In this document: positions 38,697-45,651 of the stretch, in pieces
Position numbering within the stretch: position 1 is the first letter of the stretch
How the letters are laid out: the number at the start of each line of letters is the position of its first letter
From: a virus
DNA length: 64,000 nucleotides
Reading direction: 5' to 3' (one strand)
Virus record (IMG/VR): IMGVR_UViG_3300050343_000199
Location: 32,001 to 96,000 of that record
Notes under the pieces: model-generated
The model's input: only the letters and a program-made list of their open reading frames with translations
Databases searched by the model: none
Told to the model about the DNA's origin: nothing
Position numbers and translations under genes: made by a program

Positions 38697-39161
38697 TTAA
38701 CTCTTAGTACCAATGATTATTGTAGGATAGATTGTTAAACCTGTCAAGGGTCTAGGATTAGGTATCCCGCCTACGGCTTGTACTGCATCGCCACTGACAG
38801 GGACTAACACCTTATCCATGTATACGCCACGTGCTGCTGGGTTCTGTACACCAGTTATACCTGTACGTACCAATGGTGGTGGTAATGGTGGAATTAGATT
38901 GTCCCACGTGCCCGGTACAGGTGCCGGAGGTAGTCCAGGGTTCACTATAATGACTGGGAGACCTGCAGGTACTTCCTTGGTGGCACCGGTACGTATTGTA
39001 GGAAGTGGTGTAGGGTAATTTGTAGCACCCTGAATAGGATATGGTGGATACTTTGAATTTGATTGCTCTGGTATAACAGAAGCTGAATCAATTGCAGATC
39101 CATCTACAATCATACCAGGTGTTATAAAATCTACGCCCGGTACTGGCGGTGTATCACTCAT
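38697..39161 (-). CDS. Pro-rich protein, probable baseplate spike-tip (PAAR/gp5.4 positional analogue)
   Basis: 154 aa, very Pro-rich; ends PTIIIGTK; occupies the slot upstream of the RGQG protein and gp25. Confidence 0.5.
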   Translation of the reverse strand: MSDTPPVPGVDFITPGMIVDGSAIDSASVIPEQSNSKYPPYPIQGATNYPTPLPTIRTGATKEVPAGLPVIIVNPGLPPAPVPGTWDNLIPPLPPPLVRTGITGVQNPAARGVYMDKVLVPVSGDAVQAVGGIPNPRPLTGLTIYPTIIIGTKS

Positions 39162-39360
39162 TCCTTAATTCCTCCACTGCTTTGTACAAATCATTCAACG
39201 TCTCCGCCAAAGTCAGATAACTCTGGGATGACGGTGGCTTGTACATTAATTGGGGGTTCTCTAAGTTGGATACCCTCTGCTCCACCATCGTCAACCTCTT
39301 GAGCAGCTCTTGGAGTTGATCGTTGAACTTCTGCGTTGTTGATTGGTTCTCTTGAGTCAT
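39154..39360 (-). CDS. Conserved hypothetical coiled-coil protein
   Basis: 68 aa; RV..LE.PQLMYKPP motif; stop overlaps next start. Confidence 0.7.
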   Translation of the reverse strand: MTQENQSTTQKFNDQLQELLKRLTMVEQRVSNLENPQLMYKPPSSQSYLTLAETLNDLYKAVEELRNE

Positions 39361-39445
39361 TATCTAATCCTGAAAATCTTTTTGCTGCTGCTCCCTCAAA
39401 TTGATCGCAGAAGGCGTCAAAGTTGTTTAGAATCTCTTCATACAC
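39191..39445 (-). CDS. Conserved acidic hypothetical protein overlapping 39154..39360 in another frame
   Basis: GTG start at 39445 with GGAG 6 nt upstream, 1 nt after the upstream stop; YEEILNNFDAFCDQFE motif. Confidence 0.65.
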   Translation of the reverse strand: MYEEILNNFDAFCDQFEGAAAKRFSGLDNDSREPINNAEVQRSTPRAAQEVDDGGAEGIQLREPPINVQATVIPELSDFGGDVE

Positions 39446-39446
39446 A

Positions 39447-39710
39447 TTACGCTCCTGCAACGTTCAACCTCCCAGATACTTCAGGGTACTTGTCCAATGG
39501 ATTCTCCCCATCAGGGAATCTCATTAACCCTTCAAGTTCAATTACTTTCGCTTCCAATCCTACAAGACGCTCCGCCATCTCTTGGATTACATCTGCCATC
39601 TTATTGATCTGTTGCTGCTGCACTGCTAACTGAAACTGGGGGTCCTTCTTCAATGGATTATTCATATCATCTAGAACAGTCTCTTCAGTGATAACGAGGT
39701 TTTCGGTCAT
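39447..39710 (-). CDS. Hypothetical coiled-coil protein, first gene of late block
   Basis: 87 aa; downstream of late promoter 39768-39775. Confidence 0.75.
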   Translation of the reverse strand: MTENLVITEETVLDDMNNPLKKDPQFQLAVQQQQINKMADVIQEMAERLVGLEAKVIELEGLMRFPDGENPLDKYPEVSGRLNVAGA

Positions 39711-39767
39711 TTTTTTGCTGGGAAATTTTTTTGGGTTTTGAGGTTTTTAAAAAACCATTTTCAAATA

Positions 39768-39775
39768 TATTTATC
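39768..39775 (-). promoter_or_regulatory. T4-type late promoter GATAAATA
   Basis: tatttatc in intergenic gap. Confidence 0.7.
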
Positions 39776-39832
39776 GGTCGCTGGGATACTTTTGTAGGTT
39801 AGGGACTTACCGGTTTTTGCTGGAAACGCCAA

Positions 39833-39852
39833 CCCCCTGCTCTTGCCGGGGG
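39833..39852 (-). terminator. GC-rich hairpin, possible terminator of early block
   Basis: CCCCC-GGC-AAGA-GCA-GGGGG just downstream of 39870 stop; U-tract weak. Confidence 0.4.
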
Positions 39853-39869
39853 CATTCTGTGGTATACTC

Positions 39870-40370
39870 TCAGACTCTGCCTGCCCTGTCTATCTTCTTT
39901 TCTCTTGCTGATCGCTTGGTCGTGTTGGTGTTTTGTCCCAAGCGTTGGAAGCATGTCACCTCATTCCATTTGGGTGCATCGTTGATGACCTTGATCAATT
40001 CAGGGCACTTGTCTGGATTGCTCAGGATGTCAGAGGGAACAGCGAACCACTCTGTGCCTTGCCCGATGTGTGCCCAGTCGTATGCCACCATGAGTGCATG
40101 AAGGTAACGCTCCATCTCATGAACGCCACCGATCGTGTCCTCTGGCATGGGGATGGTAGTCATGTCATCCACGGCGAAGTGTGCCATCATCTCTAGGTTG
40201 TCGGGGCAGGATGTCTTATGCTCAAGGGCACGTTCCATGGTGCCTTGCTTACCCTTGTATGCCAAACCGATCTTGATCTTGATCATGTCGGTTGCTGCCT
40301 CAAAGTGCTCACAGCGAGCGGCGATGATGTAGATGCCGCCGGGTTCGTTGACTCTCTTGTAACCTTGCAT
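39870..40370 (-). CDS. T5orf172/MUG113-type GIY-YIG-like protein
   Basis: GGIYII...IKIKIG...ERALEH.TSCP..LE.M...EMERYLH......GTEWF pattern. Confidence 0.7.
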   Translation of the reverse strand: MQGYKRVNEPGGIYIIAARCEHFEAATDMIKIKIGLAYKGKQGTMERALEHKTSCPDNLEMMAHFAVDDMTTIPMPEDTIGGVHEMERYLHALMVAYDWAHIGQGTEWFAVPSDILSNPDKCPELIKVINDAPKWNEVTCFQRLGQNTNTTKRSAREKKIDRAGRV

Positions 40371-40417
40371 GTGATGAAGTGGTTTTGTTTCTTGAGTAAA
40401 GTCTACAGGGTCAGGGA

Positions 40418-40591
40418 CTAATGTCTGTCGCTGATGTTCCAGTTGGTAGATTGGACAGGTTGGATGCGTCCTGCTCTCACTGCCATGCGATACTCATGCT
40501 CTGCCTGATGCTGGCGTTGGATGTTCTCCATGACCTTCTGCATCAGAGGGGAGGGGTTCTCGTTGTGGATGAAGAAACCGGTTCGTTGCAT
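40418..40591 (-). CDS. Hypothetical early protein
   Basis: Start at MQRTGFF after A-rich leader aacaaatca; -10 TATACT at 40613-18. Confidence 0.7.
   Translation of the reverse strand: MQRTGFFIHNENPSPLMQKVMENIQRQHQAEHEYRMAVRAGRIQPVQSTNWNISDRH
40436..40457. promoter_or_regulatory. Early-promoter dyad element 1
   Basis: GTTCCAGTT-ggta-GATTGGACA; 30 nt upstream of -10 TAGACT (40400-05). Confidence 0.6.
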
Positions 40592-40623
40592 TGATTTGTT
40601 TTCCATGTCCCTAGTATAGGGGA

Positions 40624-40893
40624 TTAGTTCCACCCCGTCGCCTCTGATGGGACAGTTCCGAAATTGATTGCCATCCGACGCTTTGCAGGTCGTCTCGTGG
40701 TAACATAGTTAACCCACTGCCCCACGCTACGATCACCCGCCAACAGGAATGCAAGAATGGAGCGTCGGGAAATGTTCTCGTAGCGGTACGTCGTATCGGA
40801 GTTGAACCAAAGCACCCGAATCGTTCCGGTCAGTGGGTTGACGGTCATGGAGTCAACCGATGTGGATTCGGTGAGGGTGATAGGGAAACGCAT
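40624..40893 (-). CDS. KTSC-domain-like protein
   Basis: STSVDSM.VNP.TGTI.V.W.NS..TYRYENI.......L....SVGQWVN matches KTSC pattern. Confidence 0.55.
   Translation of the reverse strand: MRFPITLTESTSVDSMTVNPLTGTIRVLWFNSDTTYRYENISRRSILAFLLAGDRSVGQWVNYVTTRRPAKRRMAINFGTVPSEATGWN
40649..40670. promoter_or_regulatory. Early-promoter dyad element 2
   Basis: GGGACAGTT-ccga-AATTGATTG; 30 nt upstream of -10 TATACT (40613-18). Confidence 0.55.
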
Positions 40894-40941
40894 GAAATGA
40901 TTTTGTGTTGTTGGTATTGTAGCACGGGGAGGGGTGACCCC

Positions 40942-41211
40942 TCAATCTTCAACGAGTTCCAGCATCATCTCAACCATCTCATCCTCATCAATGGCGGGGT
41001 CATTCCACTTAACGCCGTCTGCTGTCTCACCGAGCATCCGACCGATCTGCCCATCTGTCATGCAGCGGACGAACTTGGTCCATGGGTTCTCGCTTCCTGC
41101 GAATCTGACACATGCCCTAGCGGTGTTGTACAGGAACTCATCGTTCTGCATCCAGAGGGATGCATTCCAGGTCTCGTAGTTTGCCCAACCGTTGTAGGTG
41201 GTGTCGGTCAT
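40942..41211 (-). CDS. Conserved phage hypothetical protein (YNGWANYETWN family)
   Basis: 89 aa; YNGWANYETWNASLW motif. Confidence 0.85.
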   Translation of the reverse strand: MTDTTYNGWANYETWNASLWMQNDEFLYNTARACVRFAGSENPWTKFVRCMTDGQIGRMLGETADGVKWNDPAIDEDEMVEMMLELVED

Positions 41212-41261
41212 GTGGTTCGTTTGCTTTGTTGTTTTAATTATACAGCCCAGGGCGTCCCTGA

Positions 41262-41456
41262 CTACCCTGCTGATGACACTTGTTCATCTGTCACATACAT
41301 CCATTTCATCCACGCCTTGGTGCCTTCCTTCCATATGGTACAATCTTCTTTCCACTCCCTCGCGTATGCATAGGCGTCAGTCATGTTGGTTGCATAGTCA
41401 CACCCGTGAGGATCAAGGCGATCCCACGTCTTCGGTTGAATTGCGTACATGTTCAC
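41262..41456 (-). CDS. Hypothetical early protein
   Basis: 64 aa; coupled to upstream stop. Confidence 0.7.
   Translation of the reverse strand: MNMYAIQPKTWDRLDPHGCDYATNMTDAYAYAREWKEDCTIWKEGTKAWMKWMYVTDEQVSSAG
41273..41294. promoter_or_regulatory. Early-promoter dyad element 3
   Basis: ATGACACTT-gttc-ATCTGTCAC; 30 nt upstream of -10 TATAAT (41237-42). Confidence 0.7.
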
Positions 41457-41686
41457 AGTCCGTTCAGGTAGTCAGCGAGTGCCTCATCGTACTCTGCCTT
41501 TGTGTCAAAGGTCCGACCGTAGATGGTGCGAGGATACGTGGCATCACGACCAGCAGCAGCGACCATCTCACAGTCTGCGCGATCGTATCCCATCTCAACC
41601 AGGTTTGCCACGTAGGGGTTGTGGATGTTCATGAGCACCTCATCGGTCTCAAGGGCAATGGTGCAGGGGTCTTTGAATTTGTTCAT
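41453..41686 (-). CDS. Conserved cyanophage hypothetical protein (start 41686 or 41632)
   Basis: NPYVANLVEMGYDRADCE...RTFDTKAEYDEAL; alternative start MNIHNPY has GAGG SD. Confidence 0.75.
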   Translation of the reverse strand: MNKFKDPCTIALETDEVLMNIHNPYVANLVEMGYDRADCEMVAAAGRDATYPRTIYGRTFDTKAEYDEALADYLNGL

Positions 41687-41727
41687 GTGTCTACAATACA
41701 CGATCTGAGGTGCTGTGCCTGTTTTGT

Positions 41728-41749
41728 GTGCCACTTAGTCAATTGGTCG
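41728..41749. promoter_or_regulatory. Early-promoter dyad element 4
   Basis: GTGCCACTT-agtc-AATTGGTCG; 29 nt upstream of -10 TATTGT (41693-98). Confidence 0.7.
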
Positions 41750-41773
41750 GGTCAGCTGACTAGTTTGTGTTAC

Positions 41774-41917
41774 TTAGTTAAACTTGGCAGTAACACTAAC
41801 TACCTTAGCGTTAGGGTTACGTGCGATGGCAACTTGCTTCGCTTCTTGATAGTCACGGGCAACAACTTGTTCTTTAAATACAGTGCCTGCAACGAATAGT
41901 GTTACTTCGTGTTTCAT
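41774..41917 (-). CDS. Small conserved cyanophage protein (47 aa); not in ORF track
   Basis: Hand-translated MKHEVTLFVAGTVFKEQVVARDYQEAKQVAIARNPNAKVVSVTAKFN*; TAATG coupling. Confidence 0.85.
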   Translation of the reverse strand: MKHEVTLFVAGTVFKEQVVARDYQEAKQVAIARNPNAKVVSVTAKFN

Positions 41918-42057
41918 TAGTTGTTGATGTCGGTGAGGTCAACTCCTAGTTCTCCGTTCTCATCTTCAACGAGAACAGTTTCTATGTTTGGCACGTCAAA
42001 GATTTCACCTTGCATGTCTTGAATTTCGTCAAACATTGAATCAATTCGTGTTAACAT
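41917..42057 (-). CDS. Small acidic hypothetical protein (46 aa)
   Basis: Start moved to MLTRIDSMFDEIQDM; downstream of dyad 5 promoter. Confidence 0.65.
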   Translation of the reverse strand: MLTRIDSMFDEIQDMQGEIFDVPNIETVLVEDENGELGVDLTDINN

Positions 42058-42098
42058 ACGTAGTATGACAGATGATTGATTGAAAATCAAGTGGTGCT

Positions 42099-42120
42099 GT
42101 GCCAGTTTACCTAGTGTCAC
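42099..42120. promoter_or_regulatory. Early-promoter dyad element 5
   Basis: GTGCCAGTT-tacc-TAGTGTCAC; 31 nt upstream of -10 CATACT (42062-67); -35-like TTGATT at 42085-90. Confidence 0.75.
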
Positions 42121-42137
42121 AATTGATCTCCAATATA

Positions 42138-42254
42138 CTATGATTGTGTTGTATAATCAATGTCTGCATCAAACATACAACTATCATCGTAGTTTGTGTC
42201 ACTATCTTCCTCTAACTGATCGTTGAGTTCTTGATACATTTCTTCTACAGTCAT
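42138..42254 (-). CDS. Small acidic hypothetical protein (38 aa); not in ORF track
   Basis: Hand-translated MTVEEMYQELNDQLEEDSDTNYDDSCMFDADIDYTTQS*. Confidence 0.5.
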   Translation of the reverse strand: MTVEEMYQELNDQLEEDSDTNYDDSCMFDADIDYTTQS

Positions 42255-42408
42255 AGTAACACTTACTATAGTATGGTAATAGTTATACTAGTTTAATAGA
42301 TTTTATTACCTTTTTACCGACAATCCATAAAAACCATGGGAATAGTTCATCATTACAACTAGTCGGTATTAGTGGCATTTAATTAAATTGTTAAAAGTAC
42401 AAAATACG

Positions 42409-42448
42409 AAAAACCTCGGAAACCGCAAAAGTTGCAATTCCCGAGTTT
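42409..42448 (-). terminator. Probable intrinsic terminator
   Basis: Transcript AAAACUCGGGAA-uuGCAAcuuUUGCgg-UUUCCGAGGUUUU followed by U-rich run, right after stop 42455. Confidence 0.65.
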
Positions 42449-42454
42449 TGTTAA

Positions 42455-42781
42455 TTATGCAAATTCAACAAACTCGTAACCGTTGGAGAAGTCGTGAGTT
42501 ACCTTATTGTCCCTGATGTACCATGCAAAGTCCTTCTGAAATACACCGTCAGTGTATGCGTTGCAGAACTCGTTGATGATAGCGTTGAGACGTGATTTGG
42601 TGGTATTAGACTGCCATCCACCGTCAAAGATACGCACGAATGCTTCACCTACCTCAGCAATCTTGTTACCATGCAAACGTACCGTAGACACACCGTCCTC
42701 AGTCACGACACTGGTATTAGCACGAGACCAATTAGAGTTGTTCTTGATAGCAGTGTTCATCAAGGATTCAATCTTACGCAT
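42455..42781 (-). CDS. Conserved marine phage hypothetical protein
   Basis: 108 aa; MRKIE..MN.AI....NW...NT.V....V.LHGN.IA......DGGWQSNTTKSRLNA motif. Confidence 0.85.
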   Translation of the reverse strand: MRKIESLMNTAIKNNSNWSRANTSVVTEDGVSTVRLHGNKIAEVGEAFVRIFDGGWQSNTTKSRLNAIINEFCNAYTDGVFQKDFAWYIRDNKVTHDFSNGYEFVEFA

Positions 42782-42822
42782 GTGATGTTAGTTAGTGTGG
42801 TGAGTATGAAAGAAAGAGGAGA

Positions 42823-42981
42823 TCAACCGTTGGCAAACTCTAGGATGCTGCTGATCTGCTCAATAACTTTATCCGACAACTCAAGACCCTGTGACTCAAT
42901 GAAGTCGCAGCACATCTCAAGATCGGGTGACATTTCGTTGATGAATGCGTTGAGTGATGCAGCGTGAGCGAGAGTGAACAT
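42823..42981 (-). CDS. Hypothetical early protein (52 aa)
   Basis: Start moved to MFTLAHAASL, downstream of TTGCAT-17-CATACT promoter. Confidence 0.7.
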   Translation of the reverse strand: MFTLAHAASLNAFINEMSPDLEMCCDFIESQGLELSDKVIEQISSILEFANG

Positions 42982-43005
42982 GCTTGATTTGTTTGGTACT
43001 TTCAT

Positions 43006-43063
43006 AGTATGGCAGAGATGGGGTTGAAATGCAACCCCTAGTGGACGGTTCGTCAGGCGGCAC
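43006..43063 (-). promoter_or_regulatory. sigma70 promoter TTGCAT-N17-CATACT plus dyad element 6 (43042..43063)
   Basis: -10 43006-11, -35 43029-34, dyad TGGACGGTT-cgtc-AGGCGGCAC 30 nt upstream of -10. Confidence 0.7.
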
Positions 43064-43304
43064 GTAGTTCGCCTTTGACTACCACGTCTGCTGGCACCCG
43101 TGATACAGTGTAACGACGGATTTGCTGGGAGAATGGACGCCATGCCTCTACGGTCTCCATCACAATGCGATCATGCTGACGATCCATGCCCTTGTGAGTC
43201 GTACACTTGCCACACTTGCGAAAATAGATGATCGGATGCTGTGGGGACTCATGCGTATCAATCTCAATCTTATAGAATGAGTGCTTGACGACTTGGACTG
43301 TCAA
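43053..43304 (-). CDS. Conserved cyanophage hypothetical protein
   Basis: 83 aa; preceded by -10 TATTGT and GGAG. Confidence 0.8.
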   Translation of the reverse strand: MTVQVVKHSFYKIEIDTHESPQHPIIYFRKCGKCTTHKGMDRQHDRIVMETVEAWRPFSQQIRRYTVSRVPADVVVKGELRAA

Positions 43305-43364
43305 TTGCTGATTTCCTGACGACTCCTATACAATACACGATTTTGAGTCCTGTGCCGTCCTACT

Positions 43365-43386
43365 GTGCCACTTTAATAACTGTCAT
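43365..43386. promoter_or_regulatory. Early-promoter dyad element 7
   Basis: GTGCCACTT-taat-AACTGTCAT; 29 nt upstream of -10 TATTGT (43330-35). Confidence 0.8.
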
Positions 43387-43531
43387 CATAGTCATTGATT
43401 TCGCGTTTGAACTTTGCTACCTTCTTTTTAGCGGATCGTTTCACATTCTTGACATTGTATCCGAAGTCTTCAAACTCATCTCGCAATTCATCGCGATAAT
43501 CAGTATTACCGCGATAGTTCTTCTTACTCAT
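43373..43531 (-). CDS. Small charged conserved protein (52 aa); not in ORF track
   Basis: Hand-translated MSKKNYRGNTDYRDELRDEFEDFGYNVKNVKRSAKKKVAKFKREINDYDDSY*. Confidence 0.8.
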   Translation of the reverse strand: MSKKNYRGNTDYRDELRDEFEDFGYNVKNVKRSAKKKVAKFKREINDYDDSY

Positions 43532-43571
43532 CGTTCTAATTTAATCTTACTGAATAACAGTGGGTGAGTGA

Positions 43572-43808
43572 TTATTTAGATGGTACAATCAATCCTTCCT
43601 TTACACTGGAAGAGATGAATCTACCGACTGATTCTTTGTTTGTTAGTGTATTTGACAGTTTAGTATTGAATTCATCTGTATTATCACAGTTGAATGTATA
43701 TTCTTTGTCAGTATTACTATTATACACGATTTTAACTAGTTTTTCATCAATTTTAACACTACTTACCGCAGTTGATGCTAGTTCTGTGTAGATTTGCACG
43801 AGTTCCAT
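43572..43808 (-). CDS. KTSC-domain-like protein
   Basis: STAVSSVKI....VKIVYNSN..KEYTF.......F........ESVGRFI pattern. Confidence 0.55.
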   Translation of the reverse strand: MELVQIYTELASTAVSSVKIDEKLVKIVYNSNTDKEYTFNCDNTDEFNTKLSNTLTNKESVGRFISSSVKEGLIVPSK

Positions 43809-43823
43809 TAAAGATTAACGTTT

Positions 43824-43916
43824 AATAATTGGAAAAACACAAAAAACTGAGAAAATAGAAACTTTGAAAAACTCAAAAATCTCAAAAACTCAGTTTTCTC
43901 TGTTTCTCCAATTATT
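43824..43916. repeat. 28-bp imperfect inverted repeat (43824-43851 / 43889-43916) with 37-nt A-rich loop
   Basis: 25/28 identity between arms; two of the three mismatches are G-U pairs on the minus-strand transcript. Confidence 0.8.
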
Positions 43917-43949
43917 ATAAGGCACCTAGGAGGGATTCTGAGGGTTTCT

Positions 43950-43971
43950 GTGCCACTTTGAGGTCTGGCAC
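43950..43971. promoter_or_regulatory. Early-promoter dyad element 8
   Basis: GTGCCACTT-tgag-GTCTGGCAC; 30 nt upstream of -10 TATAAT (43914-19). Confidence 0.8.
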
Positions 43972-44113
43972 ATGTTTGCTGGACTTTCGGTAGGTAGCGT
44001 GCTAAGCCAGCGTCTACAGAGTACCTTCACAGCATCTTGACAGTAACTACCGAGCACCTACACTATATTAATTTAATGATTAATAAAGAGTTGGGTAGTA
44101 TCCATGAGTATCT

Positions 44114-44631
44114 TTAAGATCCCTGTTGTGGAGGGGTGCGGAGAGCATGATCAGACCATGGTTCAGATAGTCTAGGCATAATATCAGGTTGAAAGAATTC
44201 ACACCATCCTGTTACAATGTATTTGTGTCCTATGTTAGGTGTAACACCTTTATGTGGGTGTGTCCAAGATGCTGGCCATATGAGGAACCTTGTTCACAAT
44301 GTGGTGTAAAGTATCCTTGCTGATCAGTATAGTGTTGTATGTTGTAATCAGATGTTATTTGCCAGAGACCACAGTAATTAAGGAATTGGTATTCATCTTT
44401 AATTTGTTGTATTAATGTTTTAACTGCTGGTAGTATGAGTTTATTGTATGATTGATCTAATGGATCTAAGAGATTACAGTATAGATCTGTTGATATCTTA
44501 TCATATTGTGATTCAAGATTACCATCTACAGTTTCACCTGGTTTCTTTCTATTATCTTGTTTAAAATGATCAATTAATTGTGTGCAATCATCTTGTGATA
44601 GTAAGTCTTGACAAATAGTAATGAACGTCAT
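44114..44631 (-). pseudogene. 2OG-Fe(II) oxygenase with out-of-frame internal deletion
   Basis: Frame A ends ...YNIQHY...GYFTPHCEQGSS; another frame (44284..44114) encodes LIWPASWTHPHKGVTPNIGHKYIVTGW...; the intervening LVWMIYLN..GGT.F segment expected in this family is missing. Confidence 0.75.
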
Positions 44632-44843
44632 TTAAATCCTTTAGATGACGGGATATCTATCACTTCAACATGAGATAAGAATTGCTTAGGAGTTTGAAAC
44701 CATTTAAGGTAAAGGTCTTGCCAATCAGTGTATTTGTGTTGTGTATTATCCTTGTAATGTAGGATGTAATGATGTCTATCGTATGGTTCTGTTGATGTAT
44801 GGGTAAAGTATTGTGGATCAGAGGGTTGGATCAATTGTGTCAT
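44628..44843 (-). CDS. Conserved cyanophage hypothetical protein
   Basis: MTQLIQPSDPQYF..TS..PYDRHHY motif. Confidence 0.75.
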   Translation of the reverse strand: MTQLIQPSDPQYFTHTSTEPYDRHHYILHYKDNTQHKYTDWQDLYLKWFQTPKQFLSHVEVIDIPSSKGFK

Positions 44844-45057
44844 CGTATTTGGTTGCACGTTTACCTAGGTATTGTACTTCATCATAGAATCTATTGTATA
44901 CTAATAGAAGTATATGATGTTTTTTATGTGGAGAACCTTGATTATCTTTCTTTGGTCGGATGCCAAGTTCTAATGTAAAGTATTCAGGGCAGATGAAGTA
45001 TACCCAACCTTCATGATCTTTCCATCTTATTCTATCATTAATTGTTGGTTGATACAT
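44818..45057 (-). CDS. Conserved cyanophage hypothetical protein
   Basis: 79 aa; EGWVYFIC.EY.TLELG. Confidence 0.75.
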   Translation of the reverse strand: MYQPTINDRIRWKDHEGWVYFICPEYFTLELGIRPKKDNQGSPHKKHHILLLVYNRFYDEVQYLGKRATKYDDTIDPTL

Positions 45058-45063
45058 TACTTT

Positions 45064-45651
45064 TTACCAATGTTCAGGATTACTAAATGGATTAATCATA
45101 CCTTTATTCGGTATTAATGGGGGTTGTTTGATGTAATTAAAGTTAATCACAACACGACGATCTGTTGTAGTAAATGGTGTAGATGAATGTTCGTATGATG
45201 ATGGAAATTCAACCAATCTATTTGCGACTGTCTCCACCTCTAGTTCTTCATTATCAGGATCATTGAATATTGTACAACCATCACTATCATGTACATAGAA
45301 TATTGCAGTAGTACAATCAAATGTCGTATCAGTATGATATGCACGACGTTGTTGTGTACTAGTATACCAACTCAGATTAGCACGACAACGAATCATTGCA
45401 GCAATAGGTATTTGATTGATGATAGGGCGTATGTAATTATATCCTAGATTTAACATTGGTACATCAGGATATAGTTCTGGTCCTTTAGTATCAGACCAAA
45501 AGATATGCTGCATCAATGGATAGTTACCAGGTTGATTACTACCACATGTATACCATGCCATACGATTACTCATGATATACTCTTGCAATCGTTCAAACTG
45601 CTCCTGTGATAAGAAGTTATCAGTGATTACAATCTTACTTTCATCAATCAT
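45064..45651 (-). CDS. 2OG-Fe(II) oxygenase
   Basis: YHTD..FDCTTAIFYV..SDG.T.F; ANRLVEFPSSYEHSS; RRVVINFNY (HxD...H...R). Confidence 0.9.
   Translation of the reverse strand: MIDESKIVITDNFLSQEQFERLQEYIMSNRMAWYTCGSNQPGNYPLMQHIFWSDTKGPELYPDVPMLNLGYNYIRPIINQIPIAAMIRCRANLSWYTSTQQRRAYHTDTTFDCTTAIFYVHDSDGCTIFNDPDNEELEVETVANRLVEFPSSYEHSSTPFTTTDRRVVINFNYIKQPPLIPNKGMINPFSNPEHW

Noticed and set aside
40929-40943. GAGGGG-TGA-CCCCTC hairpin as a terminator
   Set aside because: No U-tract, 3-nt loop, and it lies within the spacer of the next promoter; function unclear.
40897-41899. Long plus-strand ORFs (158 aa, 233 aa) as genes
   Set aside because: They are antisense shadows of well-supported minus-strand genes in the GC-richer island, with no plus-strand promoter, RBS or family motif.
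42255-42454. tRNA or known ncRNA in the AT-rich gaps (also 43810-44110)
   Set aside because: No cloverleaf, T-loop or CCA pattern seen; the 42409-48 hairpin is explained as a terminator. Rfam/tRNAscan were not run.
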